Assembly: GCF_004010195.1 (NCBI RefSeq)
Contig: NC_057755.1
Span: forward strand, 10,077,989-10,141,988
Direction: 5' to 3'
From: Chiloscyllium plagiosum
Taxonomy: Eukaryota
Length of the DNA: 64,000 bases
Shown here: piece by piece, positions 51,430 to 64,000 of the stretch
Numbering within the stretch: position 1 is the stretch's first letter
Layout of the letters: every line of letters starts with the position of its first letter
Translations under genes and position numbers: made by a program
Notes under the pieces: generated by a model
Told to the model about the DNA's origin: nothing
Database searches by the model: none
Seen by the model: the letters and a program-made list of their open reading frames with translations, nothing else

Positions 51430-52450
51430 TAGTAACGCTGCTCATGACACAAAGTTTTGTGGAGTGTTCGATAGTGGAGGACTGTTGGAGGTTGCAATGG
51501 GACATTGAGAGGCTGCAGAACTGGACTGATAATTCACAGATGGAGTTCAACTTGGAGAAGTGCAAAATGATTCACTTTGCAAGGTTGAATTTGCATGCAA
51601 AATGCAAAGCTATAGGGAGGATCCGTTAGATCAGAAATAGAAGTATCTTGGAGATCATATCCAAAGATCTCTCAAAGTTGCCACCCAACTTGATAGAGTT
51701 GTTAAGAAAGCATATGGTCTGTTGACTTTCATTAGCAGATGGATTGAGTTTAAGAGTGGCAACATTATGCTGGAAGCCTATAAAGTCTTGTTTAGGCCAC
51801 CCTTGTAAAATTGTCTTCAGTTCTGGTTGCCACATTGTTGGAAAAATGTGGATACTTTAAAAAGAGCTCAAGGGAGATTTATCAGAATGCTGCCTAGTTT
51901 GAAAGGCTTGTTTAATGGAGAAGGAGGGACCTTTTCTCATTGGAGCAAAGAAGGATGAGTGGTGACTTAATAGCTGTATACAAAATTATGAAAAGAATAG
52001 ATAGAGTGGATAACGAGAGACATTTTCCCAGATTGGAAATGGCTATCACAAGGGTACATAATTTTAAAGTGACTTGAGGTAGATTTAGTGGAGATGTCAG
52101 AGGTAGGTTCTTTACGCAGAGAGTGGTGAGTATGCGGAAAGCACCGCCAGCAGAATAGAGCCAGATACAAAAGGAACATTTAAGCGATTCCTGAATAGAC
52201 ACATGTAAGATAGTAAAATGAAGGGTATGTAGGTTGTTCGATCTTAGAGTTGGATTAAAGGCCGGCACAACATCGAGGATTGAAGGGCCTGTATTGTGGT
52301 AAAAACAATGACTGCAGATGCTGGAAACTAGATCCTGGATCAGTGGTGCTGGAAGAGCACAGCAATTCAGGCAGCATCCAAGGATAGGCAAAATCGACGT
52401 TTTGGGCAAAAGCCCTTCATTCTGTATTGTGCTGTACTGTTCTATGGTCT
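51430..52450 (+). mobile_element. CR1 LINE 3' part, opposite orientation to the neighbouring fragment
   Basis: LQWDIERLQNW...QMEFNLEKCKMIHF; RGRFFTQRVV. Confidence 0.88.
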
Positions 52451-52942
52451 ACATTCTATTAAGTAAAAGCTCAATTATGAGAGACTAGAATTGATCAAAT
52501 GGTTGAGAAGAAATAAAACAAGACAAGTTAATAGAACTCGGTGGTATTTTTAGATCAGAGAAATTTGTCGAATTTCAACAGAGAAATGAAAAACCAAAAC
52601 AGTTGCATCCAAACTCCTTCATCCAAAATGAATCTGAGTGCATTCACGAATGTTATGATCTGAAAAATGACGACTTCATACGGAATTGGAGACCATTGGA
52701 TATTCACATGAATGAGAAATGGGTAGAGTTTCATCAGGTTGGATTACTGCTGGCTTATCAAAATGAGGTGTTGTGAGTAGCGCACGAGTAATCAGATCGA
52801 ACTTTTTGACTCGGCACCCCCTCTTGACTTGTCCTACATGTCCATCTTCCTTCCCACCTATCCACTCCACCCTCCAAGCCGATCTATCACCATTACACCA
52901 CACCTGTACCTGCCTATCTCCTTCTCCACAGCCCTGCACCCA

Positions 52943-53883
52943 CCTCTCTATTTACCTCTCAATCCCACTCCCCCTCCACATTTCTGAATGAAGGGTTTTT
53001 GCCCAAAACATTGAATCCCCTTCTCTTCAGATCCGGCCTGATCTTCTGTGCTTTTACAGCACCCTACTTTTCAACTCCAATGTGTAGAAGATTGCATGTT
53101 CCACTTACTAGAACATAGATAGAACAATACAGCACGGAACAGGCCTTTCGGCCCACGATGTTGTGCCGAACATTTATCCTAGCTTAAGCACCCATCCATG
53201 TACATATCCAATTGCCGCTTAAAGGTCACCAATGATTCTGACTCTTCCACTCCCACAATCAGCGCATTCCATGCCCCCACCTGGGTAAAGAACCTACTCC
53301 TGACATCCCCCATACTTTCCACACTTCACCTTAAATTTTTTTTTTAGATTAGATTACATAGATTAGATTAGATTACTTACAGTGTGGAAACAGGCCCTTC
53401 GGCCCAACAAGTCCACACCGACCCGCCGAAGCGCAACCCACCCAGACCCATTCCCCTACACTAAGGGCAATTTAGAATGGCCTCTCTATTTACCTCTCAA
53501 TCCCACTCCCCCTCCACATTTCTGAATGAAGGGTTTTTGCCCAAAACATTGAATCCCCTTCTCTTCAGATCCGGCCTGATCTTCTGTGCTTTTACAGCAC
53601 CCTACTTTTCAACTCCAATGTGTAGAAGATTGCATGTTCCACTTACTAGAACATAGATTGAACAATACAGCACGGAACAGGCCTTTCGGCACACGATGTT
53701 GTGCCGAACATTTATCCTAGCTTAAGCACCCATCCATGTACATATCCAATTGCCGCTTAAAGGTCACCAATGATTCTGACTCTGCCACTCCCACAGTCAG
53801 CGCATTCCATGCCCCCACCACTCTTTTCGTAAAGAACCTACTCCTAACATCCCCCCATACTTTCCACACTTCACCTTAAATTT
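52943..53883 (+). repeat. About 400 bp direct duplication (52943-53338 and 53481-53883) flanking an antisense HE1 3' fragment (53345-53482)
   Basis: Both copies start cctctctatttacctctcaatccc and end ttcaccttaaattt. Confidence 0.9.
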
Positions 53884-56800
53884 ATGTCCCCTTACTGATT
53901 TGCTGAAGTTCAGAAAATTGCTGTGGATGGAGAATTATCAGAAGAATTTGACAAACTTGAAGCTATGTTAACCATTGACCGAGTGTTAGCCAAACCTAAA
54001 CAAGCAAAAACATTCAGAGTCTCCGTCAATGTGAGTCATGTGGGTGTCATTGCGGTACTCTTGCAAGAAGACTACAAGAAGAAATAAAAACTTACTGGGC
54101 ATTGTTTTCCAGAAAATTGAATGATAATGAGAAATATTGGACAATTGAGGAGGAAAACTGGGGCTAAAGCATGTCAACATTTATATTGCCAGTAATGTGT
54201 CTGAGATGCTTGTGTATGCTGATTGTGACGATGCTGCTCCTTTGACAAGTTTATTGTGTCCTCAATATGTTTGGAAATACCTCATTAAGTAACGTTCTAA
54301 GTTTATTTTAGCACTTGTACAATGGAAGGGGTGTGGTAGTTCTCCCAGTTCGGAGTTCGTTGTGGTCTGGTATTAGCAAACTGTTTGCATTGCTTGTCAG
54401 ACCCTATCCCTTTTTTTTGTCTATGCCATTACTGCCTATATGCACCAGGAATGCTAGCTGGTCACCCTTGTTCATTTCCGGTAAAACTCGCAAAGTGACA
54501 TCTTCCACCTCCAAGAAACGCTTAGTGACTGGAAAAGCCATTATTACATAAGGGACACCCTGTGTCAACGAATTAAATGCAACACCCAAGATAGAGGTCA
54601 CTAAGACTCACAGCTCTCTGCTTTTGAGTCCAATAATCCTCAACCCAACGTGGAATTAGAGATTTTGATCCCAACCATAACACCCAGATTGTTATGAACC
54701 AGACCAAATCACCTCATAATTGAAAAAGCCGCTTGGACCCTAACTTGTTTCATATTTTAAAAGTACATGTAAGGTATGGTCCACATGCAATTTGATTGAA
54801 CAAACCACCGAATTTGAAGCAAAAGTGTACTTTATTCACATATTCTTGTTAAAATACAAAGGAAACGATAAAAATAATTCAATGAGCTGTAACTCTATTG
54901 GGAAACCTAACAGAATAACAGATTCATTGCCCACTAAAATGTAACAGCTCCAGTATCATGTAAGCCCATGAACACACCCTTGGTAAATGGCATGTTCAGA
55001 AACAGATGGAGACAGGGTGAGATGGACTGCACAACAGACCCAGCAACAATTGTTACTGCTGAAAATAAAATAAAACTAAAAATCTCTGTTCTGTGTGAGT
55101 TTGATCACGTCCGTTCAGGCTGCTTCATTTGTTCCAATATCCACAAAAAAACCTAATAAGCTGTTTACTCTGAGTTTTCAATAGGCGTCTAGGCACTTCT
55201 TCTTAAAAGCTTTCTTTTTGAAACAAAAAGAGCAAACAGAACTACTCAACCCATAGTTTAGTCAAACAAGGTTTCCAGCCTCTGTAATACTGCGCGTCTG
55301 ATTACGTCAATGATTCAGAAGGGGAATGAAAGACTGTGATAGCTATTAAATCAGCAATGTCATCGTCATCAGTCATTCATTAATCAATATGATGCCTCAT
55401 GAAGGAAATGTCCGTCAGTGCTATTCTACACCTATCTGTTCCAATTCTTCATTTTAAATCTATCTGTAGCACTTTGAAACTTCAGTGAACTTGTGTCATT
55501 CTGTTTCCGTTTGTTCATTTGTTTAATTTCTGGATTGCATATTCAATGGCGCAATCAGCTAATCAAATTATTATCTCAGAACGTAACAATAATGCACGCC
55601 ATTAAACACTAACCAGAACGAAACATTCTTGTAGACACCATCTCAATAAATGAACGCAATGTACAAAAGCATAACAGCAGTAACATCTAACAGCCTGCCT
55701 CCAAGTTCTTAGCTGCCACTGAGTTCAAATGACAAACAAAAGGGGAACAAACTTCTGAATAACGTAAAATCAGAGATTTCTGGAGAAACTCAGCAGGTCT
55801 GACAGCATCCGTGGAGAGAAAACAGAGTCGAGAAATCTGAAAGATAAATAGAAAGATCTACAGAAACTTATCATGTCTGGCAGTACTTGTTGACAGAAAC
55901 AGATTACCCATGTCGAAAGATTGGTCACTTGACACCAAACATTAACTTAACCATCTCTCATGAGACGCTGCTGATTTTCTCCAGGGATAACAGATTTTTT
56001 GGGGGAAATCCATCATCCAAACTTCATTCTTTCATTTGGAAATTCACAATCGGACCTAGCACTCAACGGCACAGGAGACGCAGGAATGCAGTCTAGTAAT
56101 ACATGGGATTATGAACAGCGGAAAGAAAATTATCAATTGGACGAACCCTGAGAGCCCAATATTCTAAACAGAGACTACCTTGCATTTATTTGTCTTTGAA
56201 TTATTCTTAAAATCAGCAGCCACGGATATTTCAGAACCTTCTTCAGCTCCTCTCTTAATGTCCTTTGTTGGGAAAAAGCCATGTCTGTTTTTTAAAGCGT
56301 ATGTCTCTGTGTTTGTGAGGGTGATTCTGAGTATCTGAGTGAGGCTTTGAGAGGGACTAAATGTATTATCCTGAAGCATTCATGCATTGTCAAAGTTTGG
56401 ATATGGAGCAATGAAGAAAATGACAAGTGAAAGAAATTTAAATGACAGGAGATTAAAATCTTAAGTAAACCAATGCCCTTTATGAATGATAGAATTTTAT
56501 AAATAATTTGCCTTCATTACCTGTCTATTAAAGAAGCACTGTGCAAATATTAGGACTTAGGATGTCAAGCTGCAGTGGTACACGGCACTGGAATCTACAT
56601 CTGGAGTACTGGGTGCATTTATCCTCAATTGTCTGACCTTAATTCTAAAAAAGAAAAATACTAGTTCCAGAATCCCAACAAGTGGGTTTAGTGGATCTTC
56701 ATCAATCCTATCTTTTTCCTGTTACGATCTTGAAGACTTTCATCAGATCACACCTTAACTTTTTATATTACAGGAAAAACATTCCTTAATTGAATAATCC

Positions 56801-58014
56801 TCCTTCTTTCAGTTGGAATCCAGGGAATCAATGGCAGCGTGGAAGTAAAGTTGATGATTATTAAATCCGTCATGATTTCATTGAACAGTGGAGAAATGTG
56901 GAGAACTAACTGTCTCTGCATTTTTGTCTCATGTACTGATTGCATCTGCTGGCTGAATCAAAAATATTCCTATCAATTTCTGGCATGTCCAAATGTCATT
57001 AGTAACTGTTAATTATCTGGTACTCATGATGACAACGGAATGTTTACATTACTGCAGTGAATTCAATTTCATTTATGATGATTATGGTGGTAATTGGGAT
57101 TCTGCTGGCTGTGGTTGTTGCATTTCTTTTCCTTTAATTTCTGCAGTATCTAATCTGTCCATCTGATATGGCAGGTATTGAGATATGCATCTCTCTGTGG
57201 CTCTCTGAGTGTGCATCTTTTTCTGCATCTCTGACATTCAACAAATTGCAGAGAAGAATTCACCAGTGGCTATCACTGATATAAAGTGAAGGGTGATCCC
57301 CCCGAGAGCTGAAACTGAATGATTCAAAGGGGAGTCCCTCAGCCTATAATCTGTTGGACAGAGATACAAAAGAATCCCTTCAGTGACGAAACAGGCCATT
57401 TGGCCGAACAAGTTCACAGTGACCCTCTGAAGAGTATCCCACCCAAACTCATTACACCACCCTCCCACTCAATATGTTCCCCGACTAATGCACCTAACCT
57501 ACACATCCCTGGACACAGTGGGCAACTTAACATCGCCAATTCACCGAAACTTCGTATCTTTGGGTTATGGTAAGAACTGCAACACCAAAAGGAAACCCAC
57601 GCAGACACAGGGAGAATGTGCAAACTCCAGACAGACAGTCGCCCAAGGCTGGAATCATACCCGGGTTTTTAGTGCTGTGAGATAGCATTGATAACCAGTG
57701 AGCCACGTATCACCCGAGAAGCGATGTAATCCATTTTGTAAAGCAGTGAAGTAAAAGAACTCAAGGATGCTAACCTGGCAATTATTAATTAAAGATGTGT
57801 TTATCTATCAGTGAAGAAATTAACAAAACTCTTAACAATTGGAACAATTCTTCTCTAAGTACCTATTACGCAAGAACACATGGTTCTAATGGTCTAATAA
57901 ATACACGTCCCAATTATGTAATAAAACAACAGAATTTAGTTTTGCAGTCAGGTTATGTTTTCCAGACATTTCTGTGCCTTCTCTGATAATCGTCTGTCAG
58001 TTCTGCTGTCAAAA

Positions 58015-59793
58015 AGGGATTAAAGAGAACACAAAGGCATTTTACTTATACGTGAGGAATAAGAGGATGATCAGGGAGAATGTAGGGCCAATGAAGGATA
58101 GTGTAGGGAACTTGTACGTGGAGTCTGAGCAGATAGAAGAAGCCCTAAATGTGTGTTTTTGCTTCAGTTGTCACCAAGGAAAGGGATTTTGTTGCAAATG
58201 AAAACTTGGAGGGGCTGGGATACAATCTTGACCAGATCAACATTGATGATGTTGATATGTTAGAAATTTTGGAAAACATTAAGATTGATAACTGTCTAGG
58301 TCCAGAACAGATATATCCTAGTCTGCTCCAGGAAGCGAGAAAGGAGGTTGCTAAACCGCTAGCGAGAATATTTGCCTCCTCACTCTCCACAGGAGCCATA
58401 TCGGAGGATTGGAAGGACGCAAATGTTGTTTTTTTTTTCAAGAAGGGTAATAGGGAAACCCTGTCAATTACAGACCAGCCAGTCTTGCGTCTGTGGCCAG
58501 CAAAGTTGTGGAATGAATTCTGAGGGATAGGATTTATGACTATTTGGCAAAGCACAGTGTGATTAAAGGCAGCCAGCATGGCTTTGCGAGGGGCAGGTCA
58601 TGCCCCACAAGTCCTATAGAGTTCTTAGAGGAATTGGCAAGACAGATCGACGACGGTCGAGCAGTGGATGTGGATATGGACTTCAGCACCTTTGATAGGG
58701 TTCCCCATGTAGGCTCATTCATAAAGTCAGGAAGTATGGGATACAGAGAGATTTGTCCATCTGGATTCAGAATTGGCTGGCTAACAATAGGCAGAGAGTG
58801 GTTGGAGATGGGAAGTATTCTGCCTGGAGGTCAGTGTTGAGTGGGGTCCTGCTAGGCTCTGTTCTCGGGCCTCTGCTCTTTGTAGTTTTTATAAATGACG
58901 TGGGTGAGGAGGTTGAGGTGTGGGTTAGCAAATTTGCAGATGACACCTAAGGTTGGAGTGTCATCGATGCAGAGCTGGGCTGAGAAATGGCAGATGGAGT
59001 TCAACCTGGATATAGGTGAAGTGATGCACTTTGGAAGATCGAACTCAAATGCTGAATATAGGATTAAAGACAGGATTCTTGGCAGTGTGGAGAAACAGAG
59101 GGATCTGGGAGTGCAAGTAGATAGATCCCTCAAATTTGCAACCAAGTGGTTAGGGTTGTTAAGAAAGCATATGGTATTTTGGCTTTCATTAACAGGCGTA
59201 CCATGTTTAAGAGTCGTGAGGGTTTGCGTCAGCTCTACAAGTGCCTGGTGAGATCACACTTGGAATATTGTGTCCAGTTCTGGTCGCCCTACTATAGGAA
59301 AGATACAGGGGCTTTGGAGAGGCAGCAAAGAAGGTTTACCTGGATGTTGCCTGAACTGGAGGGTTTGTCTTATGAAGAAAGTTTGAATAAGCTCAGCCTT
59401 TTCTCTCTGGAGAGAAGGAGGAAGAGAAGAGACCTGATCGAGGTGCACAAAGTAATGAGAGGAATAGATAGAATCAATAGCCAGAGAAGTTTCTCGAGGG
59501 TAGGATTGACTGGTACGAGAAGTCATAGTTTGAAGACATTAGGAGGAAAGTATAAAGGAGACATCAGAGGTAGGTTCTTTACGCAGAGTTGTGGATAGGA
59601 TGCATTGCCAGCTGTAGTGGTGGAAGCAGAGTCAGTGGGGACATTTAAGCGACTGCTGGAAATCCACATGGATAGCAATGAGTTGAGGGGTGTGTAGGTT
59701 AAGTCAGTATACTTTACATTAGGATTATCTCTCTTCACAACATCGTGAGCCAAAGGGCCTGGTCTGTGCTGCACTTTTCTATGGTCTATGTTC
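58015..59793 (+). mobile_element. CR1 (HER1-like) LINE, 5'-truncated and frameshifted
   Basis: SQHGFARGRSC, GSVLGPLLFVVFIND...KFADDT, LVRSHLEYCVQFWSP, RGRFFTQ. Confidence 0.93.
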
Positions 59794-60109
59794 TAAATGT
59801 TCTCTTTGTGAATTCGGTTGTCTTGAATATTAGCGAAGAGGACAACAGTACCATTATTAATTAGATCGTGGTTTCTCTGAGAGCGGAAATTTCTTATTTC
59901 TTGGGAGATTGCATTGACTCCCTTCCTGAATACACCTGATGACTTATCAATATTTGTCAAAACCATCAGACTGGGAGATCCAGTGTCGGGAAATATATCA
60001 TCCATGATTAAATGCCGGAACAGACTCGATGGATTGAATGTTCTCATCTACTCCTCTATCTTGTGGAGTGTGTAAGTTCAATTATATTCGTGAAGTAGCA
60101 TGATATTGG

Positions 60110-60630
60110 GTAAAAGATGTTGTGAAACGTGTAAGGGTTCAGAAAAGATTTGCAAGGATGTTGCCAGGGTTTTAGGGTTTGAGCTTTCAGAGCAGTCTGA
60201 ATAGGCTGTGGCTATTTTCCCTGGAGGTTTGGAGAATGGGCGCGGGGGGGGGAGGTGACCTGACAGAAGATTACAAAATCATAAGAGGTAAGGGTATGGT
60301 GAATAGACAAGGTCTTTTCCTGGGGTGGGGCAGACTCAAACTAAAGGCCATAGGAGTTTGGTGAGAGAGGAAAGATTTAAAAGGGATCTAACGTGTTCAG
60401 ATAGTCGGTGTATGGGTGTATGGAATGACCCACCACAGGAAATAGTGGAGGCTTGTGCAATTACAACACAACAATTAAAAGACATCTGGATGAGTACATG
60501 AATAGGAAAGGTTTAGATGGATATGGGTTAAATGCTGTCGAATGGGAATACATTTTTTAGCATACCTGGTCGGCATGGACATGTTGGACCGAAGGGTTTG
60601 TTTCCATACTGTATGCCTCTATGACACTGA
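60110..60630 (+). mobile_element. CR1 LINE 3' fragment
   Basis: LNRLWLFSLE..R..GDLTEDYKIIRG; tail similar to 13705-14160. Confidence 0.8.
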
Positions 60631-60816
60631 GGACTCTCTGGAATCTGGGGATTGTGAAATGAGTTTGTGCGAGGTCTTTTTTATCTGTTTGTATGATGCA
60701 CAGGCTATTCCAGTGTCTAGTATGACTCCGTAAACGCATTTTGTTCAGGGACTGATTCTAAAAAGCATATCCCACAATACAGACCAAATCATTAGAAAAA
60801 ATGTATTCACGCTCCT

Positions 60817-63800
60817 TCATTCTTTTATTACAATTAAACCATTCGATGCATGAATCAACTTCAGTTTTGTCAGTCCTTCCTCAGAAAATTGATTGTTTAT
60901 CAATCTGAAAAATAAATCACAATAATTACTGATAAGTAGCAGCTTCTGAGATTGACAATGGCTAATGATTTTACTTTGTTTTAAGAGATTGTTTTTACTG
61001 CAAACTTAAACAAATATTGTTTTTATCCATGAGATACACACATCACTGGCCAGTACACATGTCTTGAATTTCCTAATTGTGATTTAGAGTCATGCAACAC
61101 GGAAATAGATCCTTTGGGTGTACTCATCTGCACCGACCAGACATTCCAACCTGACCTAGTCTCATTTGCCAGGGTAACTATTTGTGACAGCATTCCAGGG
61201 GAGTGATCGCGTGCTTGTAAGAAAGCAGTAATAAATTTTAAACCAGTATGTTTTGTGTCTTAGTGCAAAACTGTTAGAGTTGGCAGAGATGTCTTAAAGT
61301 ATTTTCTAGGCCTTTATGTTAGGACTCTGTTGCACATTCAATCCTTCAGTCACTGTTGTCAGAGGTGATACAATTCATTTAAAAAATCTATTAATTTGTG
61401 TATATCCTGCAAATCAATGCAAATAATTTATGGAAGAAGAACATTTTCCCTTCAAAGAAATTTTAAATAACAAACTTACTTGATTTCTTTCATTTGCGTA
61501 CTACCCTGAATGAACTGGGTTAATGAATGAATAGATTTATCTGTCAGCTTGTTGGTATGGTCACCATTTAGGTCATCATTGCTGATGTCCAGTTTTAGCA
61601 GCACAGTATTTTCACAGAAAGCAGAGATTAGGATTTCTGCAGAGTCATATGTGAGAGTGTTGGATTTTAAACTGCATTGAATGAAAAATAAAACAAGTTG
61701 TATTTACGGTAACATATGACACATACGGAGAGGCAAAGGTCAAAATAAATGCCAACTTGCAAACAATCACATTTATTTTCCAAATTAATTGTAACAGTTG
61801 CTTTATATGCCATTCTTATGTCTAAACTATTACCAGAATAATCCAACTGAAAAAAGTATGATTTGCTATTTACTAACACAGAATTTAAAATTTGTGTGGA
61901 TCAATAATGTGTTGTTTTACATTTCAAACATAATTACTTACAATAATGTCCGTATTTTGCAATGTTCCTTCTTCAGAATGGCAGAGCGACATATCGCTCC
62001 CAAATCGCCCGATTTATTCCTGTTGAGACTAATAAAGAATTAAAAGAAATTCACAGGTAGAAATGAGTAGGATTAGAAATGTTCTGTTACTGGTGGTTTG
62101 GAGATAGAGGATATGAAAAAAAAAGTACAATTTAGATTTCGTTCCATGGCTTGTGTCTAACTGTTTTGATGTGAGAATATTACTGGCTCCCAGAAACGAC
62201 AGATCCTTTATCCTATTGTAACTGTACAAATGGAGCAAGAATTTGCCATACTTTATAATAAATCAGTCTCAAAATGTGCTACAATATAATACGGTTGAAT
62301 AAAGTTATTGACGTTGAAATACAGCAGAGTGTTCAAAACCAATCTGGCGAGTAAGAAAATAATTTATTTACCAAGGAAGTAATCTGATTGGCTCTTTGTG
62401 GTATGAGACACGTTTCAAGTCGGATCTCCCCGTGGCATTTTATTACGGGTCTTGATTCTCATCTAATTTATTAATAACCTGCAGTTTGTTGTTCAAGAAA
62501 AGAAGAATTCTAGAAATGAATTTCCACTGTGTGAGAATTCTAGAATTATGAGCACGTTCTGAGAATTAGGGCCAAACCATTCAGGAGAGAAGTGAGGAAG
62601 CCTTTTCCACACAAAGGATGGTAGAAGTTTGAAACTTTTTTCTACAAATGGCAGTGAATGCTACGTCAGGTGTTAATTTAAAATCTGACCTTAAGCAATT
62701 TTTGTTGAGCAAAACTATTAATGATTGAGGGCCAACGCTTACCAAATAATATACCGTAAAATATGTTTAATGTGCCTACAAGATGAATATTTCAGTGATT
62801 AAATCAATGAATCAGATTCGTTTTAACTGTGTACAAAATCCTAATGTGTTATTGTTAAAATCTATTTACTGACAGACTGTTGCACGAGATGGTATTAAAC
62901 TGATGGTTTGATTATGTTTATTGATTTCATGTCATTTCTCTGAATGTTAAGACAAAACCGTGTTCTTGATTAATTTTGCAGAGACTATTTATAAACATTA
63001 CTCAACAGTTTGCTCCATCACATTATGATGCAATAATGTTATTAAATAATTGCATTGCATTACCTAAGTACCTCATATTTTTGTAGCACTGGATTCAGCT
63101 GCTGACTGCACTCATTTCCTATCCCAGAAAACTGTCCAGATCCAGCTCTTCAATCTCCTTTACCAACATTAAGGCTTTTGTTAGAACTGTACAGTCAAAC
63201 ATTTTAAGTGGGCATTTTGTAAATCGTAATGTCTTCACTGGAGTTAAGACATCTTCCATTAGTGCTGCATCTCCAAATTCAAGAAGACAATACAACATTT
63301 CAAAGAGTCCTTTTGGGTTATTTTCACTTTTCAAATTCTTCATACAGCTGTTGATTTTGTCTTTCAGCCAGTCTGATACATTTGAAGCTGTTTCAGAGTG
63401 CTGTACCCCCAGCAAAATCGAGGCTGTTTCATTTAATTTGGTGATGAGAGTCCAATAAAAAAAAAAGTGAAAAAAACTTAGACCTGTCATCATTGCGATT
63501 GCACCATTCAGTAAGCATTCGCGTCACTTGGCCTCCTGGGGCACTTTGACATTTAAATAGTGCAATGATAAAATCCTTCAAAATGGAGTGAGTGAACACT
63601 TAGCCAAAACCAGTATTGCCACGAATTTCCATCATAAATCCAGAGATGAAATTGGAAATAAGGATCTGTTGCTTTTTGAATTGGCTTCTTTTAAACACGA
63701 TGGTTTTGGTGCAAATTCCCCATTAGGCCAAACTACTCAATTTCAGAAGCATATCGTGAGCAAAGACATTATCATAACAACAGTTCTTCAGAAGACACGT

Positions 63801-64000
63801 GAGGTAAATGAGGAGTACCCTTGTACAGGTTGTGAATGCTGGTATCTGGGCTCCTTCTTTCTGCTAGGTTTCCTGGATTGAACATAGAACCGAGCAGAAG
63901 CGAGGATTATGGCACATGGTGTATAATTTCTCATCCTGCTTGATATAATCTGAAGCAAACTGTCTAGCTGCAGAGCAGCGATGAGAATGTTGTTTCATCG
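60817..64000 (-). pseudogene. NLR paralog pseudogene, 3' part: NACHT exon 63064 to >64000, LRR exons 61942-62028 and 61480-61671, terminal exon 60817-60904
   Basis: LYTMCHNPRFC, VFTHSILKDFIIA, WLKDKI...YCLLEF, EELDL; at least 3 in-frame stops and 2 frameshifts in the NACHT exon; exon sizes and phases match the intact NLR; terminal exon LINNQFSEEG...VIKE*. Confidence 0.9.

Larger units (their letters stand above)
46995..54230 (+). mobile_element. Degraded Gypsy-like LTR retrotransposon (LTR-like start, gag 47600-48900 with zinc-knuckle remnant, protease-like ~49250-49480, RT/RNaseH-like ~53890-54220), split by nested LINE/SINE/Penelope insertions
   Basis: YKEVKNAL..AYELVPEADRQHF gag motif, CF...KVGN...C, LTDLLK...VLAKP remnants. 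Confidence 0.65.

Noticed and set aside
57080..57240. Short minus-strand ORF (MSEMQKK...) and a plus-strand 28 nt micro-exon-like segment
   Set aside because: No homology, no partner exons and no further support.

Overview
Vertebrate, repeat-rich DNA; the HE1/V-SINE, CR1 and Penelope-like repeats and the NLR and GPR139-like subfamilies point to a cartilaginous fish, probably a shark (inference). All identified genes lie on the minus strand. From right to left: (1) the 3' half of an NLR (NACHT-LRR) pseudogene, 60817-64000; (2) a two-exon GPR139-like GPCR pseudogene, 42216-43608; (3) an intact-looking NLR with one large NACHT exon (24969-26682) and only three LRR/terminal exons (stop at 20670), no recognisable CARD/PYD exon, and substitutions in Walker B and the winged-helix His; (4) nine alternating type A/type B exons (17744 to 256, running off the left edge) created by tandem duplication of an exon pair, which splice into a stop-free ~411-codon acidic, probably disordered repeat polypeptide. 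The remainder is CR1/L2-type LINE fragments, SINEs, a nested Gypsy-like relic and Penelope-like elements, several with inverted ends and hammerhead-ribozyme-like cores. Exon boundaries were read by eye from GT-AG sites and frame continuity; repeat boundaries are approximate.
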